A stretch of DNA of 64,000 nt, taken from Anaerohalosphaeraceae bacterium. GTDB lineage: Bacteria; Planctomycetota; Phycisphaerae; Sedimentisphaerales; Anaerohalosphaeraceae. The position numbers and the translations under genes are program-made. The notes below the pieces were generated by a model. That model was not told the DNA's origin and made no database searches. It worked only from the letters and a program-made list of their open reading frames with translations. The stretch is taken from contig CAXXSL010000001.1 of NCBI GenBank assembly GCA_963675525.2, positions 32,001 to 96,000 on the forward strand, in the 5' to 3' direction. This document shows positions 30,280 to 38,112 of this stretch, in pieces; position 1 is the stretch's first letter, and each line of letters opens with the position of its first letter.

Positions 30280-30384
30280 ATTGACTTTATTTGGACAGAA
30301 GATATACTGATAGTATCATTTCCGAAAAGCCACCACCGGTAGGATGGCTTGCAGAGGAGAGGAAGAGATAACGGAGAAGGGAAG

Positions 30385-31122
30385 ATGAAAAAGATTGTTA
30401 TAGTGTGGATGTTTGTTTTCTCATTTGTTCTTTATGCGGACGTGGTTCCTTTTGAACGGTATTATGAGGGCACTGCAAACGCATCTTTCAGGAGGGGTGG
30501 GACTGTTTATTCGTTAAATGATTCAACCGTGAATGGGACTGCTGATGCCTTTGACACTGCATACCCTTATAATGGTGGAGCAATTATTCAGACGGCGACA
30601 GGGGGAACATTTCCAGATACAATTCAGGTTGTCGCCTACTATCCTGCTGTTTATCTACCGTCAGAGAGGCCGGAGTGTTGGTCAAGGGGATATGTTTCGG
30701 GATGGATAGACATCGGAACTACTTCAGAATACCCGCTTGGAACTCCCCTTGAATTGGAAATTAAATATGGAACCTTCGATGAGTATAAGGATTCGGATTA
30801 CCTTTACCGGGGGATTAATATGAGAAACCAGAATGGCGACATTGTTTGGGAGGCGTCCCATTCGACAGATGGTGTCATGGAAACCAATTCTCTACAAATT
30901 ATCGCTGGGACATGGTATACCTTTGAGGCCTGGCACGTCTTCGGTGCATCAGCATTTCCTATCATACCAAATGAACTCAAGTTGAGTGCACTTGTATTTG
31001 ACTTTGCGGTTGTTCCTGAACCGGCGACGGCGGTGCTGCTGGGGTTGAGTGGATTGATATTGAGGAAACACAGAATGTTCCCCGCTAGGGTAAAGTCTTC
31101 TGGACAACCTCTTTGCCGTTAG
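30385..31122 (+). CDS. PEP-CTERM sorting-domain protein with an extended C-terminus
   Basis: Signal peptide; VPEPATAVLLGLSGLILRKHR followed by 16 extra residues overlapping the convergent gene. Confidence 0.88.
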   Translation: MKKIVIVWMFVFSFVLYADVVPFERYYEGTANASFRRGGTVYSLNDSTVNGTADAFDTAYPYNGGAIIQTATGGTFPDTIQVVAYYPAVYLPSERPECWSRGYVSGWIDIGTTSEYPLGTPLELEIKYGTFDEYKDSDYLYRGINMRNQNGDIVWEASHSTDGVMETNSLQIIAGTWYTFEAWHVFGASAFPIIPNELKLSALVFDFAVVPEPATAVLLGLSGLILRKHRMFPARVKSSGQPLCR

Positions 31123-33145
31123 CTGTAAAGGTCAGATTGCCAATTTTATCGATAGTTATCGGTGACTGTTTGACATTAGTCAGCAAGTTGCCGCCGACAT
31201 AGATATCTTTAAGCGTTAGATTCTTGATATTTTTGAAAATGAACGGTCGTGTGGGGTCTTTAAACCAGCAGTTCTCAATAATCACAGTATCCGGGTTAAA
31301 GCCGGACAAATCTGAACCTACCGGAATCGCCACGTTTTCACCGCTGTTGCCGGCAAAGGAACAGTTCCTGAAAATCAGGCTTTCATACTCAGGGTAGCAC
31401 TTGTTGACACCGTTCTGGGCCCTGATGGCGCTGCCTGAAGTGCGCATGACAGAGTTGAAATTGTTGAAGGTATAGCTCTTGAGTTGATAGCTTGTATACT
31501 GTCCGGGCTGGCCTTTCCAGCAGGTGTTGGCTCCTAAGCGGATATTATTCGCCATGCCGCTCCAGGCCAGTACGTTGTTAACCGAGATGTTTTCCGAGTC
31601 TTCCGTGTCCCATCTCAACCTCTCTTTGTTGTAGATTGCAGCGGCGGCACAAACATTGTTCTTCGCGGCTTCCATCCGTGTTTTTTCTTCGCCTGTCACT
31701 CGATCTAATTCATCGAGAAAGCGACGTGGAAATTCATCACTGGGGTTGTAGTGGCCGGAGGCAAAGGTGTCATCATTACCCAGGGTAAAGGCACCGTTCA
31801 CAGTAACATTCCGGCCGCTGGTCAAATCCAGTCCGTCGACCCATGCATGGTCATAGGGAGAAAGCCCCTTGATGTTATTGTAGGTTACATTCTTAACCGT
31901 ATGACACTCCCAGTTCCACTGTTTGACATCACGAACATATGTATCGTTGAAGGTGATGTCCTCGGATTGTACCACCATCACGCCTCCCTGATGAGGCGTG
32001 TCCCGTGCATCCTTACGGTCTATTTTGAGGGTATAACAGGCATTCCCGTCAATGATACCTCGACCGGAAATGGTTATATTCGAGGAATTCCAGATACCGA
32101 TAGCCGGTTCCATGGCTTGCTTGCATTCCTGGAGCCGATTTACCAACAGCGCATCTTCATCCAGGTAGATGTTCAGTTCGCCGTCTGCCCCGTTGCCATT
32201 CCAATCTTTGATACATAGACCGGACCAGATGTAAGTGCCTGCGGGAAAGTAGATCGTGTCTAATTCAGAACGTGTTCTTACTTTTTCCAACGCTGCCTGG
32301 AATGCCTCAGATAGATCAATTTTAACCCTCACACGCTTATTGGGGAACTGTACGTTTCTTCCACTCTGGCTCACATATTTACCCGCTTCATAATGCCATG
32401 TGAATTGCTCGTTGGTGTTTCTGCTTGTATCGGTAACTGTTCCCGGGGGACGACACTCCTGGCCCTCTTGATCAGTGATAGGTTTATTTTTCAGATAGGT
32501 CGCGGCGAACTTCTTGAAGTTAAGAACATTGCCGGCATTCAAATCAGGTTTGCCTGTTTCCGGCGGGTCGTTGATGATAGCCAGCATTGGGATGCCTGCC
32601 ATCTTCTTATCCGTTAGGCTGCCGTTTATATTGATGATGCAATACGGCAGCTTTTCGGACATGGTAAAGGTCAATGTCTTTTTGTCGCTGCTAACGCTCA
32701 GCGCTTCCTGAGGATAGTAACGTTCCGGGTAAATTTCAATACTGTTGATTATCGTATCGTCCTTTAATGTGATCTCGAACTTAGGAGTTCTGTCTTCCGA
32801 AGAAAACCGTGCAATATCAAAATTGTAGAACTTGCTGCCATCCGGACCTTTCTTGTACATGTAAACAGAAACAGATGTATCATTTGCAGTCATTTCAAAC
32901 TTGGTAGATTCCGGGTACTGTGTGTTCTCTGTAATGTCATCGCTGGCCAGAATGGCAGACTCATCTATCTCTGTTGTGGCAGGATCGTCCCCCGATTTGC
33001 CGTAGTCGTGTACCGCGCCACCCTTACCTTCTGCGGCAAGGTGATTAGCAGGAAATATAGCCAATACGATAAGCGTGGCAATCAGCAACACAAACGCCCT
33101 GGTTTCAGGATTTATGTTCTTTTGAGTTGTATATTTAGTCATCAT
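31085..33145 (-). CDS. Secreted beta-helix glycoside hydrolase (GH28/GH49-like pectin-lyase fold)
   Basis: TIYFPAGTY, NITISGRGIIDG, DGLD and NDD motifs; signal peptide. Confidence 0.7.
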   Translation of the reverse strand: MMTKYTTQKNINPETRAFVLLIATLIVLAIFPANHLAAEGKGGAVHDYGKSGDDPATTEIDESAILASDDITENTQYPESTKFEMTANDTSVSVYMYKKGPDGSKFYNFDIARFSSEDRTPKFEITLKDDTIINSIEIYPERYYPQEALSVSSDKKTLTFTMSEKLPYCIININGSLTDKKMAGIPMLAIINDPPETGKPDLNAGNVLNFKKFAATYLKNKPITDQEGQECRPPGTVTDTSRNTNEQFTWHYEAGKYVSQSGRNVQFPNKRVRVKIDLSEAFQAALEKVRTRSELDTIYFPAGTYIWSGLCIKDWNGNGADGELNIYLDEDALLVNRLQECKQAMEPAIGIWNSSNITISGRGIIDGNACYTLKIDRKDARDTPHQGGVMVVQSEDITFNDTYVRDVKQWNWECHTVKNVTYNNIKGLSPYDHAWVDGLDLTSGRNVTVNGAFTLGNDDTFASGHYNPSDEFPRRFLDELDRVTGEEKTRMEAAKNNVCAAAAIYNKERLRWDTEDSENISVNNVLAWSGMANNIRLGANTCWKGQPGQYTSYQLKSYTFNNFNSVMRTSGSAIRAQNGVNKCYPEYESLIFRNCSFAGNSGENVAIPVGSDLSGFNPDTVIIENCWFKDPTRPFIFKNIKNLTLKDIYVGGNLLTNVKQSPITIDKIGNLTFTANGKEVVQKTLP

Positions 33146-33215
33146 TATAAAGCTCCTTGATTCATAGGTCGCCGCTTTTCAGACAGCGAAGAGACTTGCC
33201 GATGACACATTAATA

Positions 33216-33237
33216 CCCCAAGGGGACTCGAACCCCT
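33216..33237 (-). repeat. Distal att site (displaced tRNA-Glu 3' fragment)
   Basis: Identical to 41243-41264; the flanking C run is one base shorter than in the intact tRNA. Confidence 0.93.
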
Positions 33238-33433
33238 TGAACGAGGTATACAAGGAACTTATAACAAAGAACTTACGGAAAGTCAAGCATCTGTCTTGTC
33301 CACTGGCTTGGACAAAACCCTGCAAAAATACCCCGAATTGGGGCATATCATAGCCGCTTGGCCGGAACTGCCCGAACACACCAAAGAAGCAATTACATCA
33401 CTTATTCAAGCTCATAATCAGGAGGTCAAGTAA
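33218..33433 (+). CDS. Start-less open frame; predicted C-terminal tail of the integrase in the excised form
   Basis: PRGLEPLERGIQ...QKYPELGHIIAAWPELPEHTKEAITSLIQAHNQEVK* is in the same frame across the att core as the integrase. In-frame TGA at 33203; no ATG. Confidence 0.75.
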   Translation, partial: PRGLEPLERGIQGTYNKELTESQASVLSTGLDKTLQKYPELGHIIAAWPELPEHTKEAITSLIQAHNQEVK

Positions 33434-33621
33434 TGCTTAATATCAGCAGACGATTAGGTAAAGCTGAAAAGGCACTGAATCTAAGCGGAGAACATATTAC
33501 CGTTAAAATGGTCTGTTATGGTGGTGAATTACCACCTGACCGGACACAAGGCAATATAACTGTTCAATATGTTATGTATGATAAAAAGGAAAATCAATGC
33601 GAAACATTAGCAGGCGAATAA
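33433..33621 (+). CDS. Small hypothetical protein (MLNISRRL motif)
   Basis: RBS GGAGG; TAATG coupling to the upstream frame. Confidence 0.7.
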   Translation: MLNISRRLGKAEKALNLSGEHITVKMVCYGGELPPDRTQGNITVQYVMYDKKENQCETLAGE

Positions 33622-33797
33622 ATACTATCGAACAAAAAATGAATATAGTCTGTCATAGAAAGATGCCAAGGCGGGTTCTTTATCTTTCAAGTAAACAATG
33701 GCAAGAGGACGGGTGTCCAAGGAATTGTGTAATTTTGGGCAAGAAAAACAACAAAAGGCAACCAAAAACAACCAATTCCCCGAAAGTTGAGCGATAA
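33597..33797 (+). CDS. Small hypothetical protein (MRNISRRI motif)
   Basis: RBS AAGGA; N-terminus similar to the preceding ORF. Confidence 0.6.
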   Translation: MRNISRRINTIEQKMNIVCHRKMPRRVLYLSSKQWQEDGCPRNCVILGKKNNKRQPKTTNSPKVER

Positions 33798-34173
33798 CAT
33801 GAGCGAAGCAAAACTTACAGCCCGACAGCTTAAAGCGATACCGCATATCGTCAGCAGTCCTACATATACCGATGGCTGTAAAAAGGCTAAAATCAATAAG
33901 ACCACATTTTATAAGTGGCTAAAAGAGCCTGAGTTTAAGGCCGAACTCGACCGGCAGCGGGACGAGATAGCCGCTGAGGCGTTCGGTGTGCTATCACAGA
34001 GCCTTACTCAAGCGGTTGAGGCTCTTGTGGGCTTGCTGGACAACAAAGACGACCGGCTGAAAAGACTGGCCGCTAAAGACGTAATCGACTTCATTATCCG
34101 GCATAAGGAAAATGAGGACTTGGACGAACGGCTAAAAGAAGTCGAAAAGCTTTTGGCAGATAAAAGACTTTAA
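33787..34173 (+). CDS. HTH protein resembling phBC6A51/terminase small subunit-like proteins
   Basis: LTARQLKAI...AKINKTTFYKWLKEPEFKAEL, followed by a helical C-terminus. Confidence 0.65.
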   Translation: MSDNMSEAKLTARQLKAIPHIVSSPTYTDGCKKAKINKTTFYKWLKEPEFKAELDRQRDEIAAEAFGVLSQSLTQAVEALVGLLDNKDDRLKRLAAKDVIDFIIRHKENEDLDERLKEVEKLLADKRL

Positions 34174-34485
34174 GACCTACCACAGTGAACCTCTTTTGCA
34201 TTAGTTACTTTGATTGCCAATTGATTTATCTACAGTGAAAGCAGAAAATGGATCAGTCTGATTGAAAACAAAAACGACTTAAGAAAATTGAAGCACAGGC
34301 CGGAACCGAAGAAGACTGGGTAAAACTTCCCGACCCGAACAATCCCGGCAAAATGATTGTGTAATGGTTTCAATTTGGAATTTTATAGTTCTTATTCTGT
34401 ACATGCTAAAAGAACATTTGTGACTATATTTTAAATGTAATATCGTTCTTTGACAAGTTAAAAGGTCGGCTGGGGGGAAGTAAAA

Positions 34486-35196
34486 TTAGTCAAAAGGATT
34501 TTGGTAAAGCTCTGATTCTTTCACTTCAAAGTTATGCCCATATTTTTTGCTTACACCTTCAATTAATTTCTTGAGCCACATAGAAGTCTTTGGCGCGATA
34601 TACACTTTTTGGATAAGAATGTCGAGGTCAATTTTTATTTTTATTCCATTGGAACCCTGGTTTTCTATGATTATCGACCGGAGTTCTTTTTCGTGGCTGA
34701 AAGATGGATGTTTTAATCTTGCCGCATCTAAGGTACTGTAAGATTTTCCTGTTTTGTGAGTGGGCGTACCAACATGGTTGTTACTATATGCTACTTTGGC
34801 GATATACACTTCATGCGGACACCCGGCAAGAGCTTTTTTGAGCCTTCCAGATATAGATTTAATGGCAATTCCTTCATTGCTTTTAAGGTACAATTTCCAT
34901 AAAGCAGCAGATTCTACTTTGTTCATATGCCAGCAGTTAGCATATGTTATGGCTTTGTTGACATTGAAGAGATTTTCGATACCTTTAGGGATAGATGGGT
35001 CTTTTTCTTTTATCAGCTTACGAAGTGGTTTACTTGTGACATTCCAGAAGGAAGAATCGAGGGGGTCTTCAAACCGCATCGAATTGCAAAAAAACAGTGT
35101 CTTGGTGTGCAGTAAATCCACATATTTGGTGAAATCCATATATCGCCAAATCGTTATATTGTCGGACACATCTGATATTATATTACTGTTTATCAT
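34486..35196 (-). CDS. DUF2971-like protein
   Basis: IWRYMD..K...LL, FEDP, NCWH.N..ESAALWKLY and K...F.HEKE.R motifs. Confidence 0.75.
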   Translation of the reverse strand: MINSNIISDVSDNITIWRYMDFTKYVDLLHTKTLFFCNSMRFEDPLDSSFWNVTSKPLRKLIKEKDPSIPKGIENLFNVNKAITYANCWHMNKVESAALWKLYLKSNEGIAIKSISGRLKKALAGCPHEVYIAKVAYSNNHVGTPTHKTGKSYSTLDAARLKHPSFSHEKELRSIIIENQGSNGIKIKIDLDILIQKVYIAPKTSMWLKKLIEGVSKKYGHNFEVKESELYQNPFD

Positions 35197-35258
35197 ATTT
35201 AGAGATTGTATTGTTTCGGAAATTATAGCCTGGCGGCTGGATTAGGCAAGGGAAAAAC

Positions 35259-35798
35259 CTATCGGCTCCGTTTGAGCCTAAGGGCTAAACCGCCTAAACC
35301 CAAAAGTAAAAGTGTGCAGGGTTCGGGGACAAGTATCCAATTGCCCGGTTCATCAGGTCCAACTTTGGCTAATGTAGAGCTGACAGGTGGGAAAATTCCT
35401 ACTAAGTCAATAGATGCTGTATGAGATGGTAAATGGTTATCGTCAAATGTTGTCTCAATGAATATTTCATCGCTAAGAAAAATATAGAAATTCCATAAGG
35501 TAAATGTTGAATAGTCATTTGATAGTGTGGCAGATAAAGGTATTGTTTCAATATTTGCAGTATTTGAACTTAATGTTGTTGGTCCTGCTGTAAATGACCA
35601 GTTCAAAAAATCTGTTACAATTAATCCCTCTAAGGGTATATCTATTTCGACAAAACCCGTTATTCTGAAACCCTCATATAACGGAGTCGCATCGGTAAAA
35701 ACATTTCCTGTGTATTCATATATAAGAGATGAATGTACAACATTTGTTGTTAAACTCAATATTGAGAAAAGTACAATTAGCTTTTTCATCTTCCCCAT
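35259..35798 (-). CDS. PEP-CTERM sorting-domain protein
   Basis: Signal peptide; VPEPCTLLLLGLGGLALRLKRSR. Confidence 0.9.
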   Translation of the reverse strand: MGKMKKLIVLFSILSLTTNVVHSSLIYEYTGNVFTDATPLYEGFRITGFVEIDIPLEGLIVTDFLNWSFTAGPTTLSSNTANIETIPLSATLSNDYSTFTLWNFYIFLSDEIFIETTFDDNHLPSHTASIDLVGIFPPVSSTLAKVGPDEPGNWILVPEPCTLLLLGLGGLALRLKRSR

Positions 35799-35811
35799 CC
35801 TCCATTAAATG

Positions 35812-36480
35812 TTATCGTTTTCTAATCAATATGCCACTCATGCCCAACAGCAGAAGTGTGGTAGGTTCTGGGACAGCTATTACTGCTGCTGAGAGGTCGT
35901 TCTCTTCAATAGGTATCGCAAAGCTTGTATTGTCAAGCCACCTGCCCGTCAACGTGCCCGTGCCCAATATTGTTTGGCCATCAATATCCCATGAAAGACC
36001 ACCAAATAGTTCAAAGTCAGAACCTTCTATAATAACAGTGCTGTTACTGTGAGCGTGGAGACCGGCCAAGCTACCGCCGGAAATATTTAGCTGGCTGTTG
36101 CCATAAGTCACCCAAGCACCTACCGAACCACTGGATATTGTTACTTGGCTATTCTGATCCGATGATGAAGCTCCAATTACTGAACCCCCGGATATTGCTA
36201 CCTGGCCGTTATTTTGGGCTCTCAAATAGCTTACTGAACCAGATATTGTTGCCTGGCTTGTATCGTTTATCCACAAATAGTATATCAAACTTCCGGGTAA
36301 GATTTCGACTGTTGTTGGAAATCCAGAAGATGAGTTTCGCACCACGACATCATCATCAATCGAATAGCCAATATTGTGTGCTCCGCCATCTTCAAAATAA
36401 ATAACCGCCCTTGCTTCTGGAAAACAAACACATAAAGCCACTAGCATTGATAATAGAAATGTTCTTTTCATCTTCCCCAT
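35812..36480 (-). CDS. PEP-CTERM sorting-domain protein
   Basis: Signal peptide; repeated 'SQ..ISGGS' beta-solenoid units; VPEPTTLLLLGMSGILIRKR. Confidence 0.9.
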   Translation of the reverse strand: MGKMKRTFLLSMLVALCVCFPEARAVIYFEDGGAHNIGYSIDDDVVVRNSSSGFPTTVEILPGSLIYYLWINDTSQATISGSVSYLRAQNNGQVAISGGSVIGASSSDQNSQVTISSGSVGAWVTYGNSQLNISGGSLAGLHAHSNSTVIIEGSDFELFGGLSWDIDGQTILGTGTLTGRWLDNTSFAIPIEENDLSAAVIAVPEPTTLLLLGMSGILIRKR

Positions 36481-36622
36481 CCTCCAAAATATGCGTTTCC
36501 TTCAATTTTCTCCGATGGTTTGATTATAGCGAATCAGGATACGGATAATCAACGAAAAAGGGGGGAATCCTTGTAATACTGCCCAAATCCGGTATAATTA
36601 CGGGTACAAACAAGCTTTTTAT

Positions 36623-36702
36623 GTCGGGACGGCAGGCCGTACACCTGCCAAGCAGCACAATCGGGGTAATGTACACCTGTCCGTTATCCTGCTTGTGCCG
36701 AC
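36623..36702 (+). ncRNA. Candidate C4/CI-like three-way-junction RNA
   Basis: P1 gtcgggac/gtgccgac, P2 ggcagg/cctgcc and P3 aagcag/ctgctt; both terminal hairpins contain gtacacctg; upstream TTGTAA-N16-TATAAT. Confidence 0.55.
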
Positions 36703-36721
36703 CCGAAGAAAGACAGGTAAA

Positions 36722-37375
36722 ATGACGAATCCATCATTACTTGACTATATGCAACTTGCAAAACGTTTCTATGCAGACCTCAATGTTTATACTCAAACAC
36801 AAACTGAAACTGATTTATATAAAAAATCAGATAAGGTAAATACAACATATCTGAAAGCCAACATTGATTCGTTGGGGGATGTAGTCTTTGGTCTTCAACA
36901 GGACGGCTATGCAGACAAAGCAACAGCTTTGGTAATAGCTGTTGAGAATGTTCGTAGGGCCGTAAAAAATCACGACAACGGGAAGACTACAGGGACAGAG
37001 GTGAAAGTACATGTCGCTCATCTTATCAAACAATTAACTGCTTTATGTCGTCCGACAGCACCCCAAATATCTACAGAACCAATGCAAAATAAGCAGACTG
37101 CAATAGAAAATAAACAGTGTTGGCATAATCCAGATTTTACGTCGGTCGTTTGGTACGGCATTGAATATTGCTTTAACAAAACACAAGGGAAAATCATCAA
37201 TTACCTTTGGCAGAATGAAACTGCAACAGAAATAAAGTTGGGTGAAATTATCGGCACAGCGGCAGGAATCTATCGGCTAAAAGATACTTTCCGAAACAAA
37301 GAAGGCTATCATTGTGCTTGGGGAAAAATGATAGTAAAAGCAGGAAAAGGCTGTTTCATGCTAAATAAATCATAA
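36722..37375 (+). CDS. Hypothetical protein with a probable C-terminal winged-helix domain
   Basis: Long ORF; C-terminal HNPDFTSVVWYG.EY.FNKTQGKII.YLW...GKG.FML. Confidence 0.65.
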   Translation: MTNPSLLDYMQLAKRFYADLNVYTQTQTETDLYKKSDKVNTTYLKANIDSLGDVVFGLQQDGYADKATALVIAVENVRRAVKNHDNGKTTGTEVKVHVAHLIKQLTALCRPTAPQISTEPMQNKQTAIENKQCWHNPDFTSVVWYGIEYCFNKTQGKIINYLWQNETATEIKLGEIIGTAAGIYRLKDTFRNKEGYHCAWGKMIVKAGKGCFMLNKS

Positions 37376-37381
37376 AGACGG

Positions 37382-37418
37382 CCCCCCACAAAACCCCACT
37401 AAAACCCCACAAAACCCC
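37382..37418 (+). repeat. Tandem ~10-11 bp repeats (aaaaccccac)
   Basis: cccccacaaaaccccactaaaaccccacaaaacccc. Confidence 0.8.
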
Positions 37419-37458
37419 TTTTTGTTTTTCAACGACTATATGATTTACTATAGTCATA

Positions 37459-37659
37459 ATGAAAGATGAAAACTCGAATCTGATAAATTTACTTGGCTTA
37501 GCCGGAGAGCTTCAACTTCCTGCCGTATGGCTAAAAGAGCAAGCATTAAAGGGCTTTATTCCCTGTCTGTTCATCGGCAAAAAAATCCGATTCAATGTAG
37601 ATGCTGTCAAAACAGTATTAGCAGACTTGGCAGCAAAGGGGGCTAACTATGAAGACTGA
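37459..37659 (+). CDS. Excisionase-like HTH protein
   Basis: LAGELQLPAVWLKEQALKGFIPCLFIGKKIRFN fits the HTH_17 pattern. Confidence 0.7.
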   Translation: MKDENSNLINLLGLAGELQLPAVWLKEQALKGFIPCLFIGKKIRFNVDAVKTVLADLAAKGANYED

Positions 37660-37894
37660 AGCCCCCACAATCCAGCCTGCACTTTTGACGATTCCACAAG
37701 TCTGTCAATACCTGAATATCGCACGTCCAACATTCTACAAAATCAATCAAACGGGGGCTTTTGGCCTGTTACCTATTAAGCTGGGAACTTGTCGTAAAGT
37801 TTTGTACTCACGCGCGGAACTTGAAGCATTTTTGCGGGCGGGCTGTCCGCATAGAAAAATATGGCAAACACAAAAAAAGGATTTTATGAAATGA
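37649..37894 (+). CDS. AlpA/excisionase family HTH protein
   Basis: LLTIPQVCQYLNIARPTFYK...PIKLG. Confidence 0.82.
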   Translation: MKTEAPTIQPALLTIPQVCQYLNIARPTFYKINQTGAFGLLPIKLGTCRKVLYSRAELEAFLRAGCPHRKIWQTQKKDFMK

Positions 37895-38112
37895 GGCTAA
37901 AGATGATTCCAGAAAAAGAAAAAGCCGTTGCGATAACAACGGCCATGAACAACAAACTACAACTTAAAACATACAGCAAAACCGCATTTCTGTCAAGCCA
38001 AAAAGAGCAGATGGGCCAATTATTGTTTGCACTTGTAGGGGATACTGCCGACCGGCAAGGATGGGTTCTATTTGAGCGGTTCTTGGGTGGATACTACAAA
38101 GGGGCGCGATAA
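37891..38112 (+). CDS. Hypothetical protein
   Basis: ATGA and TAATG overlaps with its neighbours. Confidence 0.5.
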   Translation: MRLKMIPEKEKAVAITTAMNNKLQLKTYSKTAFLSSQKEQMGQLLFALVGDTADRQGWVLFERFLGGYYKGAR

